The notes beneath the pieces are model-generated. The model made no database searches. It was given only the letters and a program-made list of their open reading frames with translations, and was not told where the DNA came from. Shown in pieces: positions 1 through 13,027 of a stretch of DNA of 64,000 bases (position 1 is its first letter; every line of letters starts with the position of its first letter). A program made the position numbers and the translations under genes. This stretch comes from Thalia democratica. Lineage: Eukaryota. The stretch lies in NCBI GenBank assembly GCA_965202585.1, contig OZ241831.1:40114001-40178000 (forward strand), in the 5' to 3' direction.

Positions 1-1891
1 TGTGTTTTACACTTTTAGGTTCTTTTTTGCTCAGCCAAGGGCTGCATTTAGACAGGTCACAGAGGTTATTTTGTGAATTTGTTGGAATCTCGGCTGCGTG
101 GTGAACTCGGTCAAGAGTGGCGTCGAAGGTTCTCATGAAAGCAGGCTGGAGAGGATCGTTATAGTCGTGTTCAAATATGTCATAAAAATTGAAGCGGAAG
201 TTAACTTTTTTGTTGAGAAATTCTTCTACACTGGTTGGGTTCAACTTGGGAAACGCTTTTTCGACGTCGCAAGTGTTATTAAATCTTTCAAATCTGTAGC
301 TGGGATATCTCCTTACAGGGTTAGATATTAATTCTGGGTTTAAGTATACTAAACCATTAATAAAGGCAGCTTTTTCATATTCCAGTTCTGCTGTCTCAAC
401 TTTTACCGTCTTTTTCTTCAAATACTTTTCAATATCAGTGCATTCAACGGCAACTGTTTTAAAGTTTGAATAATAATAAATACAGATATGCCATATTTGC
501 TTGATTTTAAATTTTAAATTTTGTAAAAACTTCAAAGCTATTAAGTTATATCATACATAACGCTTAAAGTTAATTGACACAGTTCACTTAACTGTTTAAA
601 CCAGCACATAATAATTGACAAGAAAGTTTTTTTTTTCAACTTTTTTAGTCACATCTACAAGAAAAAATAAAAGCTAAAGGAGGTTTGAATGACAAGAATA
701 TGACTGTTAAATAAAATATGAAAAATATTTAAATAACAATTGTGACTATGAACAAAAAAAACTGTCATATTTAGATACGTTTTAAAACTTCAGATACCCA
801 TTAACATTAAAATAGTTCAAGTTTGAATGAAAGATCTAATTAATAAAATTACTACTGTAATAAAAAAAAGTTAAAAAATATATCAAAGTAGAAAATTAAT
901 TACACCTTACGTTAAAAATTAAAGTTGTGCAAATCAAATTTTATAACTTGAGTTGTTACGCAAGTTTTAAATTAATCTGACACAACCACTTACTTGAATA
1001 CAAGAGTTTTTAATGTTTTAAAGATTATTGTAATAACTTGGACAAACATTTATTTAAAAAGTTACATAAAAAACAACAAACCTTGTGTCGGACTCACTAG
1101 TTTACTTTTCTGGTTGTTTTTGTTTCGTTGATTAAGCTTTTTTACTTTTCTCTGTCGATTAGCTCTAAGTTTTATGAAGTCAGTTGCTATCATTGAAATA
1201 AGCTTACCTATAGTTAGATATTCAATTGCTTTTTGATTAAAGTTTTAATTTATACAACTTAAAAATATTTTTTATTTTACTTACCTACAACTTTTTTATC
1301 TGTTCCCGCATCTAACGTTATTTGAATCACATCCTTTACATTTGGTCGCAATTCAGGATCCACACAAAGCATTTTCTTCATTGCTTTAGTATAACGATTA
1401 TCTATACTTTTAGGAAACATACCTTTGTTAGCCCACTCACAAAAGCTTTTATCACTTTTATTTGCAGCTTTCCAAGGAAAACTAAAATTAATGATGTAAA
1501 ATATGCAAACTCCTGTTGCCCAAATGTCACCTGCTTCAGTTTTCTCATTTTTTTCTATCAGTTCAGGAGCTACAAACTTTATATCTGGTTTTATTTTAAT
1601 GTTATCCTGTGCCTCAACTTTGCTTTTTTGATTTCCAAATACATTAATCAATACTAAGTTGTTATTTTTGTCAATCTTTAAGTTTTCTATGCAAATATCG
1701 CATTCAGTGTTTTTGAATTGGTTGTGAATTATGTACAATTTGTACAATAATTGTTCACACCATTTGTTTCTTAGCTGTTGAGATGATGATTCTAAAACTT
1801 CAATCAATGCAGTTAAAGTGTGTTTTCCTTTAGTTGTGTTATCATGCAAAACATTAGTTTTATTGTCATCTTCTTTGTATTTTGAAGACAT
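1..1891 (-). CDS. Spliced gene, 3' end outside window: kinase C-lobe-only (pseudokinase-like) domain + basic linker + unrecognised domain
   Basis: Exons on minus strand: 1891-1285 (ATG of MSSKYKEDD; an acceptor TTTCTAG ends at 1909), 1207-1082, 453-<1. Introns 1284-1208 (GTAAGT...CTAACTATAG) and 1081-454 (GTTTGT...AAACAG) are both phase 1 and the frame stays open to the window edge. Exon 1 has the subdomain VIb remnant DICIEN, APE, DIWATGVCIFY (IX), FPW and DPELRP (XI). Exon 3 (AVECTDIEKYLKKK...EPKSVKH) is a 453-nt stop-free frame I do not recognise. Confidence 0.75.
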
Positions 1892-2337
1892 TATTAGTAT
1901 GTAAGACTCTAGAAACAACTAGTTGTAATGATGGTTAGTTGTAAAAATATTTTAGAAATTATAAAACATTATTTCCCTAATTAAAAATAAATAAAAGTAA
2001 TTAAGAAATTACATAGAAATATTTTAAAATAATTGTAAAGAACTTATATGTTTTTTAGTACGTGATAGTTTTTTTTTGTATAAATGAAGTTAAAAGAGAC
2101 GTTTAATTAAATTAAAGCTAGAAGTATATTAAAAAGTTTTCAAACAAAAATAATAAGCTATTTTTAATAAAACAAAACTTTTAAGTATAAATTTGTTTTT
2201 TAAACAATTCTAATTTTATTTAAATAAAATGTATTGTTTTTTCGTTTAGGTACGTAATTTAAATACTTATTTTTGAAACAATAAGATCGCTGTTCGAACT
2301 TTTTTTATACAAAAAGAGTATTTCGCTTTGTGCTCAG

Positions 2338-2391
2338 CACACTTCCGGTATAGTACGTTATTTTGTGCTGCTATCGAAGTGACTACATTGG
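2338..2391. promoter_or_regulatory. Putative promoter of the kinase-like gene: ETS/GABP-type site and CCAAT box
   Basis: ACTTCCGGT (reverse CCGGAAGT) at 2341-2349 and ATTGG at ~2387-2391, in a CpG-containing patch ~430 bp upstream of the acceptor at 1909. Function is inferred. Confidence 0.4.
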
Positions 2392-3209
2392 TTAAAACAT
2401 ACTATAAAAATTGAAAAGTGTTACTGCTATTAGTTATTAACACTAGTATAAAAGCAGCTTTTATTAAACAAGCGATACCTGCGACTAATATATATATATA
2501 TTGCATAAAGCCTATCAGCCTACTTATTGTAAAACAAAAAAAAAAGTTTATTTATATAGAAAAAAACAAAAGTTATATTTTTTTGTTATTATATATAAAT
2601 CATATATTTAGTTATCCAAAAATGCTACAACTGTGAATACAGCTTATTTTAATCGGTAAAAAAAATATAGAAATATATTTTACAAGGTCTTTTAAAATAA
2701 AACTTTTACAATTTTAAGCTTTAATAGATAGTTAGTTTTCAACTATTAATTTTATGTGGTTACTAACAAAAACTTAAATTATTATATATAAATAAAAGAT
2801 AAAACTAAAAATGAATTATATCCTAATTTTATTAATTTTTTGTTTAATATAAATATGACTACTGTGACTATAAATAGAGTTTATATTAACCGGTTAAAGA
2901 AAATCAAAAATTTAAACTCTAAAGTTGGTTTAAAAGATAATCTATAAAACTTTAAGCTTCAGCTCAAATAACTATATTTGAAAAAATACTTCTGCTTGCT
3001 ATAGCAAAACTATTTAGCTATCATAATTAAATATTTTGTAGTTACTATTTAGTTCATCTATTTTAGTATCATACGGTGTTATAAGCTTTACTTTTTAAAA
3101 CATATAGTAACACTACGCTTGAGTAATCAAATTTTAGGCACGAACTTTCGAATTAAAAAGCTCTATAATCAAATTTATTTACCGTACCTGATAAGAGCTT
3201 TGAAAATAA

Positions 3210-3232
3210 CACACTTCCGGTTAAGTACGTTA
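3210..3232. repeat. Duplicate of the ETS-containing promoter motif
   Basis: CACACTTCCGGTTAAGTACGTTA versus 2338-2360 CACACTTCCGGTATAGTACGTTA (21/23 identical). Weaker similarity extends over ~2250-2850 versus ~3130-3650. Confidence 0.7.
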
Positions 3233-3799
3233 ACTCTTTTCGCACTCTTTTGGTTCGTACTTAAGTTGAAAAACACTGTTTTTAAGTGAAAGTTGTTAAC
3301 TTCTTAATTGATTACTATTCATAACATTAAAATCAGCTATAAAAAGTGTTGCCTTGAAATAAAATAAAATTGCATAAATTTAGTTAATATTTGATGAAAA
3401 CTGTTATTAGTTTATATAGAAAATACAAAGAAAAATATAAACCTTGTTTTTGAAAGATTAATTTTTTATTTAGTGTTTTATACCTAAAAATTACACAAAA
3501 TATAGCTTACTTAAAAATTTTAAAGAAAAAAAAAATACTGATTTAAAACTAACTGATGATATTATTTAAATATAAGTTAAAAAAAAAATTTAACACAAAT
3601 AATACTGTTTGTTTAACTTAACTATTTATTAATATACAACTAACATTTAATTTAAAGTTAAGAAAATTACAAAACGTAATACATACAAACTTATTTAGTC
3701 TTTATACTTTATTACAGTCAGACTTTTGATACCTGGAGGCATTTTAAAAATCAATAAAAAGCATTTTTTCACAACTCGTTTTTGAGAATGATTAACACT

Positions 3800-4190
3800 T
3801 GTGAGAAACGTTTCTTTGCTCACAATTTTTTTTTTATCTTTATTTGTAGCAATCTTGTACAAAAAGTGAGAGATAAACACAATAGAAAAAATCTCTTATC
3901 TTTATTTAATACTTTATTTCTGACTGTTTTTATATGTTGTTTTGCGAACTATGTTTAATTTTATAGTTTCTAAATACACTAATCAAAGCTAAGTTGTTGT
4001 TTTTGTCAATCGTTAGATTTTCTAGACCAATACTGCATCGAGGTTTTTATTTTATATTTATTGTAAATTATGTAAATTTTATAATTTTTATTTGCACTAT
4101 ATATTTCTAAGCTGTTGAGATGACTATTAAGGTTATCAAAACTTGAATCAACTATTATTTCAACTATTTATTCTTTACACTTGGTAACAT
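3800..4190 (-). pseudogene. Decayed paralog of the kinase-like exon
   Basis: Minus strand gives SSQQLRN then CSIGLENLTIDKNNNLALISVFRN, matching SSQQLRN and CDICIENLKIDKNNNLVLINVFGN of 1285-1891. Interrupted by several stops and frameshifts; the APE-to-XI part is missing; a DKKKIVSK remnant matches DKKVVGK. Confidence 0.8.
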
Positions 4191-7100
4191 TAAAAAAAAC
4201 ATTTTATTGTTTTTTATGTTTTTTGAATATATTGTTTTGAAAGTTTATACTTAGTATTCATATACTACAAAACTTTACTTAATTAAGCAATCACTTTCAA
4301 ATTTTTAACCTAAATACTAATTTAATTATTAAAACATAATTGTAAAATTTATTTTATTAATGTTACGTATGAAAATAAATACTTATACTAGTACAAAAAA
4401 GCTTATACTGTGTCTTCGTTAGTAAAAAATATAATTAAAATTAGCATTAGTTACAAAACTGTTGTCTATTGATTTCATTTGAACCTTTTTATTGTTTTAG
4501 AATTTTTTTTTAATGCGAAGATACATGTAATACTTATTATAATGAATGGAAACTTTTTGTTTAATAAACTTAAAAATATAGAAATCAACACTTATTTTTT
4601 ATTTTTCTATCTGAAAAACTTCTAACTTTCTTAACTGTCAAAGATTTAAAAAAAAAACTAGCTTAGAATTTAAGTTGTTTAATTTATGATATTTGTACTT
4701 GAATGATATTTTTTTCAATTGTAGTATGAATCAATTAAAGTACTTTAGTTTGGTTGACATTTAATAGAAAACTAATAATGATTTGTGTTTTATTATGTTT
4801 ATTTTAATTTGTACTTGCTTAATTTTATACTGATTAATAAGGGATATAATTTATAAATTATAGTTTGTACTAAGTTTGTTAAAACCTAGCACTACTTTTT
4901 GTAGATAAATTCAACAACTATAAGTTTCTTTAAAATTATTATAAATGTTCACTTAGTTATTTCAGTAGCCAAAGTATTTTTATCTTATCATTTAATGAAA
5001 TGTAATTTTATGTTTTTAGTAAATATTGTTTTGTATTTTATTCTCATTTTTTTATAATCAAATGTTAGCTTTACAAACTTAAATTTAATAAGTCATTTAA
5101 AATGTGTTTATATTATTGTACATAGATAATGTTGTTGGTTTTAAAATTAGACTTAAAACTCTGTTTCAGTTTGAATCTTTTTTGTTAAAAAATATACAAC
5201 TCTTTGTCCAAACGACAAGATTAGTTCTTCATTTCAAACAGTTTTTGCGACTGGAAGACGAGTTTATTGGCTTATATGATTGCGACTGACTCAATTTAAA
5301 AAAAACTCAGGTCTCAGTCTACCGAAAGCTTACGGTCTGATGATCCAAGTAGTATGATAATAGTTGTATTTTAATTTTAACTTAAACTAATAATTTTTTC
5401 ATTAAAAGTTAACCATGGTGGTTTTTTGACACTTTCACCAACTTTTTTATGAAATAAGTGACATATAAGAAAATTGTTATTTACAAAAGATCTTAGTGTC
5501 CACTTAAATTAGGATAAAAACAACTTTAAATAGTAATTTTTTACATTGATGTTAAAAATTCAGTTTTTCTTTACTTTGTTCGAACCATTAAAATATTTTT
5601 TTTTCATCTTTTGATTTTTTGTTGTTGGCAAGCTCTCTTTTTTTGTACAAAACTACCTAAAAATTGTGGTGAGAATTAAAAGTAAAACAGCAGATGGTTT
5701 CTTTATAAGTTTTTTAAAAGTAAAAACCCTTTTATTTAATTAACACTACAACAAATTCAAAAACACTCAATAAACTCTCCACTAGTTTCTAATTTAGTTG
5801 GTATCCGGGTTTGTTTTTAAAACTTGATATTCTAACGATCTCCATAAAAAGTATAAGTAAGTTTGATTTGAATTGATAGCTAAAGAATGCGCAAAATATA
5901 TAACAAGTTTATACAAAGTTGATGAAAAGAATTTAAAAATTACTAAACTAGTTATGTTTTAAAACTTTAGTAAATAGTAAAGGTTAAACATTTAAAGCAT
6001 TCCATATTGGTAATAAGTTAGTACTATTTAGACAAAAACCTAGTTTAAAACTACTTGGTAAAATTTACTTAGTTTTATATAACAAATACTTACATACTAT
6101 ATTAAAATCAATACATTTAGCTTAAACAAAGGACAAGCGTTAAACATGGATAATTTATAAAGTAATTAGTAACTGAAGTAACGTCCATAAAACAAAGAAA
6201 TAGTTGTTAAATTGTAATGTTTGAGACTTATTAATCATAATTTTATGTAAATGTTATCTAATTTTCAGAACTAATATCATTCTTAAATTAGAACACTACA
6301 GATTAAAAAAATATATAAATACTTTTATTAAATTATCACGTAAATGAGTTTTTAAGATTTGACTGTTTTAGACATAAAATCAACTTTTAAAACATCTACT
6401 AATACCTGTTTTAAACTTTTAGGTTATGATATTGGATTTAGATTGACTAACGAACTTTAAAAGTAAAATTTTAAGTAAGACTTCAAAACTCCTATAATTT
6501 TTAAATCGTGAAAAATAAAGACAAACAATAAGTTTAAATTAATCTAACTAATAAAACCTATTTGAGCTAATACATTCTTGTTAAAATTTTATCTTAAGTA
6601 CTTTGATAACAAATGTATCAATATACACGATTGATGCATTTCGTTTTAGTTAACAGCTTTTACCGAATTTAACAGTTGAAATCACGTTTAATTTATTATT
6701 TTATTTTTCAAATCGAAACAGACTATTTTATAGAACAACATTATTCGTTTTTGAAAAAAAAAAACATCACGAATTAAACTTTAATCTTTTTGTCTTATTA
6801 TAGGTAAAAGTAGCTTTGCTAAAAGAATTAAAACTGCTCGTAATAATACAAACAAGTCAAAAGTAAACTTAAAAAAACTTTACTTTTTATCTTATTTATA
6901 TAGAAACAAACTGTTTGCTAAATATTTATAAGTGGGATTAAAAGTATGCTTTTTTAATATTTAGTTTTAGTTGATTATTCATTTAAACACAAATTTATAA
7001 ACAATATGTTATACGATTTATTTTTTAGGTATTTCATTTACGACGTAAACAAAAATAAACTTATTTCTGAAAGCAAGTTACGTAAAACAAGTTTGCAATA

Positions 7101-10100
7101 AAGTATTAAGGCTGAAGTTTGTTCTGAAATAAAAAACAATAATAATTTTTTAATATTCTTTATATGGTATTTTCTTTTTTCTAAACTAACACCCATTTAT
7201 TTATTCGCATTGCTTTTTACTGCTAGTAAATGTAACATAAAAAAAATTAACTAGATGTAAACAAGTCAATAAGACTTAAAAAGTTTTAAAACTGAATAAA
7301 AAAAATAAACCTAAAAAACTTTTTTTACACTTTATTTATATAATTATAATATACTTTAAACAAAAAAAAAACAATTTTTGGTTTGAATTTTTTGAAAAAT
7401 TACGACTTTTAAACGTATTAATATACAAAGCTATGTTGAATAATGTATTATTAAATACTCTTAAAACCTTTAAAATTAAGACCTGTTGCTACATGTATGT
7501 TATTTTTTTAAGACTTTTACTGATTTTCTTTATCAAGATTCATTGCAAAAAAAATCTTAATATTTTAAAGTTCTCCTGTAGCTTACATTTTTTGTCTATC
7601 ATATATTAAAACTTTTTTTAATTTTTGCGTCCGAAACAAACAATTACTTTATTAATCTGTTGTTATTAAAGACAATAAAAAGTTATTGTATTTATAAAAT
7701 AGGTAAACATATAAAAACATTTTTAAAAATTATTTTTAGGTAATTTCATAGTTGTACTTTTCTACTTACTTATTTGTTCAACTACCTAGTTTTAAAAATT
7801 ATAAATTATTAAAAACTTATTATCTATAATACAGTACTATATAGAATGTATTTGCGTTTTTGTCTTTAAAAACTTTTTATTTGACGTTAATATAAGCCCA
7901 ATTTGAATGGTTGTGAATAATGATTTACACTGGTTGTAAAACAAATAAAGTAATGAGTTTTAGTATACATGATCAAACAATCTTTAAATAATATTTTATA
8001 ATAAAGTTTTAATTCATACTCACATGCATTTAATCTAAAAACAACGTAATAAATTGCATTTATACACAAGTAGTACCTTGCATATATACAAATTAGTAGT
8101 TCCTATAACAGAAAATTTATTAATTAATATGTTTCTTTGTTAGTTTTTTTGTATATTATTCTACTACAACTACTACAGAAACGTATTAATTACGGAAATA
8201 ACAGATAATAACTGATTATCTATAAGCTTTATAAAAGTTAAAGATTGCTTTAGTATTAAGAAAAATGAGCTGTAAATAAACTAAAAAGATTTATTTTAGT
8301 TTTTGTAACACAGTTTTTTGACAAATAACTAGTACTTATTTTACTTAAGAGTGCAATTTTTTTTGAATTCTACACTAAATCATAAATTTTCATAATTTTT
8401 ATTGTTTTCCAAGTTGAATTACGAAACCATTTATTTCAAACAACAACAATGCATTTTATAAAAAGTATAAACCGATATGAAACTGAAAATAAAGATTAAA
8501 AAACATTGACGAATAAAGGCTAGCAGAAATAATATGCGTCAAACATTTAACAAGCTGTTATAAATTGCCATTGTTTGTAAAAGAACCACTTACTAACGAT
8601 AAATTAAACATGAACTCAACATTTAGCTTACAATATTTTTCCAATTTTTGCACAGAATAAACGGGTTCGTTTATATTAAGGGTACGTTAATTATTAATAT
8701 CTACGTAAATTTTAGAAAAATAAATACATCAATTATCTATTGCACCATCTTAATTAAAAATTTTAAAATCGGCTAAATTTACACTTTTTTCTTTAAAACT
8801 GTGATATTAAGACTACACGTTTCGGCTGTATAAGTTTCAAAGCTTTTTAATCATATTGTAGTTACGCTTTGTCTTCAACAAAATACTAAAAGCTGATAAT
8901 TCTTAAATTCATAAACAGTGTTTTATAAACTTTTCGTTAGAAAAGCTTTATGTTATTGATTCTTATGAACTGTTTGTGTAATTGTTATTCGTTTTTAGTA
9001 AATATGTAAACTTTTTTTACATACAAAAACTATTTTTCAAGCTTTTGATTTTTGAAAAGTATATATATTAGTTCAACACATGATAAAACCAAAAATATCG
9101 AAAACATTTAGAGTAAAATTAATTATTGATGAGACTTAAAAGTTGAATATCATTTTCATTCTTGAGCAAGCCTCATCATATACTTATGAATGTGTAAAAA
9201 CAAAACATGTTTCGATTAATGGAAGGTATAGACCGTAATTTAACGCTTATTTTACAAAACTATTCTTACTTTTTGTACTTTAACTTTAAAAAAATTCTAG
9301 ATATTTTTAAAATAATCTACAGAAAAAAATAATTATTTTAATAGAAGTCTTATAGATTAACTAAATAAGTGTTAGCTTTTTTTTCAGTTCAATTAAACTC
9401 GACAGTTTAATTATATGTTTTGTAGATTGTTTCTAAATAAAACAAAGTCAGTTTTATTTTAATTTAAAGACTTAATCTAGAACAACATAATGAGAAAGAA
9501 GGTTAAAAAAATAGTTAATTAAATGTATTGAACGCTACTATAATGAGTAAGTTCCTACAATTTTTACTACAAAATTCAAGCAACAAAATATATTACTTAT
9601 TTCAATTTGATCGTGAAATTTGTATATAGATTGTATATTTAAAAATTAAAAAAGTGTTTAATTTTTTCAGTCATAAGGTGTGTTTTTTTTTTCAGAACAG
9701 ATAAAGATGCAATCTAAATGTTTGTGATTCATAGTAATAATTAGTTTAACATATTATCGATTTAATTAGTTTATTATAATTGATAAGATAACTGAATCAA
9801 GTTGGCTATTCAACTAACAGGCATGAAAAAATATCTGCGTATCTGTAGATAAATTTAAAACTAGTTGAAATGTTTTTTTATACTTAGTCATTGATAATTC
9901 TTAAACTTTATCTATAAAAACATCCACTACAAACATTCAATTCTTATAATATTTTTGTTTTACTTTTAGGTAAACGAAGTCAAGATATTTTTTTTTAGGT
10001 TTGCTTATGATTTTATAATAAAAGCTATTCTGTAGTTTATGTTATAACTATTGTCTAAAGTACTATTTAAACTTATTTTATTATATTTTCTTATATATTT

Positions 10101-10657
10101 GCTTATTGTACATATGTTAATATTTCTTAATCTAGGAAAAAAATTTACGCTGAATTAAAATTTAGTTTAAAATGAAATATTTCTTGGTAGTTGTTAAAGG
10201 CTTTCTAACTATTTTTTTTGTTGTAATTTTGAAAAAATATGTAAATTTGAAAAGTTTATTATTGAAATTATTGAATTATAGACGTAATAATGCTTAATTT
10301 CTTTGCTAATTATCTATTTAGTAAATATAACGATAAACTATAATACTTCAGAGAATAGAAAAACGTAGTGTTTTATAAGAAAAAAAACTTAGCATTTATT
10401 AATAATTTGTAAGTATATACATTAGTTCTCTTTAACTTGTTTAAATATTACAAATTTTTAAGAGTTTATTAATTTGATGTAAGTAATTTTCTCTATCAGA
10501 ATAAAACATGATAAAACTTGTTTTTTTCTATTCAATCATTTATATAATAAAACTAAACTTTTTTAACAAAATCTATAAATTTTACTCAAACTCACTATAA
10601 GTTTTATACTTACTCAGAATTTTTTATGTAGAATTTTACAACAACTCAAAATTCGAA

Positions 10658-11683
10658 ATGAACTTACAAAATATATCAAGTGAAGAAAATAAAACAAATC
10701 ATTCAACTGTAGCACTCAGAATGAAAATATCATTTATCATACCGAGCATTAGTACGGCAATTTCTCTTTACATTCTTCTAGCATTGTTTTACCATAAGCA
10801 CTTAACTTCTTCTACAATAAAGGCTATTGGAAAAAGAATGATTTCTTTAAACTTACTAAACTCCTGCTTGGTGTTTATCATTTCACTAACTAATTTAATG
10901 TTTCCAATCTTAATTCGTACTTTTAAGTCTGACCTATTCTGCAAAGGATATTTTTCCTTACAAATAGCAAACGTGTTTTTATCCCGTTTCTTCATTTTTG
11001 CGTTGTTTTGGATAAGGCAAGACCATTTTTACAAAAACCTTCACTTCAAGTTCAAGTGCATCAGCGTTTTCCAACGAGTTTTCAATTTCCCGCTTATACT
11101 ACTCGGAATAATTCTCCCGGCTACTGAGTACTATCTCATTTTCAAACACAGCACATTTCACGTTTACCACGGACCGGCTGGCATGCGGGGTTGTGAATAC
11201 AAGCGGCATTTTATAGAGATTAAGCACTTCGCTTTTATTATTTATTCTTTTCAAACTTTTCTTTCCGTCTCCCTGGTTGCCCTCGTCTTAATCCCCATCG
11301 TGATCAAAAAGCATAACAAGAGAAAACTGAACTTCACCAGGACGGCCCGCAACATAGAGAAGACGATCCCAAGACTCTCAGCCTCGATCTTCATTACTTG
11401 CTTATGTAATATAGTGTTCATTATGGTTACTGTATTGGTGCAAAGGAGCCAAATTGAGGTTTATATCGATAAAACTTTGTTGGTTTCTTTGGTGCTCAAT
11501 TCAAACATGATTGTGAATTCGGTGTCGCTACAGTTTTCATTCAGCGACTACAAGAGAAGGTTGTTTTTCCAAAGAAAATCGGACAGTTACTTGAATTCAG
11601 GGCTGGCTTCTAAAACAAACACTCCTCTGGAAATTCCTTCCGTCGCAAAATCAGTGCTGATGTATAAAACAACAAAAATATGA
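10658..11683 (+). CDS. Intronless orphan 7TM receptor (atypical rhodopsin-like GPCR), 341 aa
   Basis: Seven hydrophobic segments; N-terminal N-x-S/T sites (NIS, NKT, NHS); Cys at the top of TM3 (FCKG) and in ECL2 (GCEY); TM3 ends WIRQDHFY instead of DRY; helix-8-like FSDYKRRLF. An acceptor-like TTTTATGTAG ends at 10631. Confidence 0.8.
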   Translation: MNLQNISSEENKTNHSTVALRMKISFIIPSISTAISLYILLALFYHKHLTSSTIKAIGKRMISLNLLNSCLVFIISLTNLMFPILIRTFKSDLFCKGYFSLQIANVFLSRFFIFALFWIRQDHFYKNLHFKFKCISVFQRVFNFPLILLGIILPATEYYLIFKHSTFHVYHGPAGMRGCEYKRHFIEIKHFAFIIYSFQTFLSVSLVALVLIPIVIKKHNKRKLNFTRTARNIEKTIPRLSASIFITCLCNIVFIMVTVLVQRSQIEVYIDKTLLVSLVLNSNMIVNSVSLQFSFSDYKRRLFFQRKSDSYLNSGLASKTNTPLEIPSVAKSVLMYKTTKI

Positions 11684-11979
11684 ACATCAATCGAAAATTA
11701 CGCTGAGTTTTGGTCGACTGTTTGTTTATAAGCAGTAATTTTATGTGAGTATTTTTAGTTTACATAATTACGTTGATTTAAATGAACATAATAAATATTT
11801 AATGTACAGTGGAGTTTTTCCAGCTTTAAAATAATAATCTTAACAAACTATATTTATTAATTTTTATAATAAATTTCCTCCTTAATTAATATTTACTAGT
11901 TGCTGTTAATTTACAGTAGTTTCATTGTTAAATACTTAAACAAATTAAAAGAGTAAAAGTAAAAAATATAAGTAAAAGA

Positions 11980-12440
11980 TTTGTATTGTTTCATAAAACT
12001 AAAAATATTTTCAAAATTATCTATACATTTAAATGTGCTTAATTGTTTTAAGTTTCTTTTTCTTTTTGTTTTAACTGTTTTACAAATGCGTTTATTCCTT
12101 GCATGTTATTATTCGTATTGTTTCATCGAACTAAAGGTATTTTCAAAATTTTCTATATATGTAGTTCAATTGAAAAACGGTGGCTTAATTTTTCTAAGTT
12201 TAATTTTTTATTTGTTTTAACTGTTTTACAAATGCGTTTAATCGCTGCATGTTAAGATTTGTATTGTTTAATAAAACTAAATGTACTTTCAAAATTATTT
12301 GTATATTTTGTTGTGTTTCTTTTTCTAATTTCTTTTTCTGTTTGTTTTAGTTGTTTTACAAATGTGTTTATTAGTTGCATGTTATGATTTGTATTGTTTC
12401 ATAAACCTAAAGGTATTTTAAAAACTGTTTATATATATTA
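11980..12440. repeat. Diverged tandem array, ~3.3 units of ~130-145 bp
   Basis: GTATTGTTT(C/A)AT...(A/C)CTAAA recurs at ~11983, 12115, 12261, 12391. TGTTTTACAAATG(C/T)GTTTA...GCATGTTA recurs at ~12075, 12221, 12352. Confidence 0.85.
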
Positions 12441-12820
12441 GTTTTGCTTAATTTTGCTAAATCTCTACAAAAGTATTAACCGATAATTTTGTTTAAATTT
12501 ATTGCTTTTCTAAACGACTCAAGATTCAGTATGCTAAAGTTTTTAAATTCGTTAAATTTAAACAACTTTTTGAAATTTTGTTAAGCCTTAAATAAAATAT
12601 TTTTTATGTCGTATGTAATCATTGTTCTTTCACGTTAAAAATTTAAATTTAAGAACATAGGGAAGCCAATTGCTTTTTTTACAATTCGATCTTATTTTGT
12701 TAAGTTTTAACTAAGCTAAAGTTGCTTTTTAAAGATTTTAAAAATTCACAATAATACTTGAAATATAGCCAATCAAAGTCGGTGAATACAACAAGTTCCT
12801 TATGGGAGGCGCAAAAAAGA

Positions 12821-13027
12821 CTGTTTCACTAAAATTCTATTTTCTCCTACGTTAAATAAAAAACTATAACATTAATAAACCAAAAAGAAATATTTTTTTG
12901 ATGTTTTTGACAATTTTTTTTTTATTTGTAACAACAGAACTTTCTTAATATTACAAGGAACATTTTCTAAAAGTTTAAAGTAGTTATCTTAAAATGCGTA
13001 GGAGGAGTTAGGTTTTTAGTGAAATAG
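12821..13027. mobile_element. Degenerate MITE-like element (~35-bp imperfect inverted repeats)
   Basis: CTGTTTCACTAAAATTCTATTTTCTCCTACG at 12821 versus the reverse complement of 12997-13027, CTATTTCACTAAAAACCTAACTCCTCCTACG. No clean TSD. Confidence 0.5.

Noticed and set aside
98-331. 77-aa plus-strand ORF
   Set aside because: Antisense shadow of the minus-strand exon 453-1, which has splice support.
5337-5343. CTGATGA near CGAAA, a possible hammerhead or C/D box
   Set aside because: Only 9 nt lie between GAAA and CUGAUGA, too few for stems III and I, and there is no GAAA downstream; no matching C/D architecture.
11980-12440. Array as CRISPR-like
   Set aside because: Whole units are homologous with no unique spacers, and the context is eukaryotic with no cas genes.
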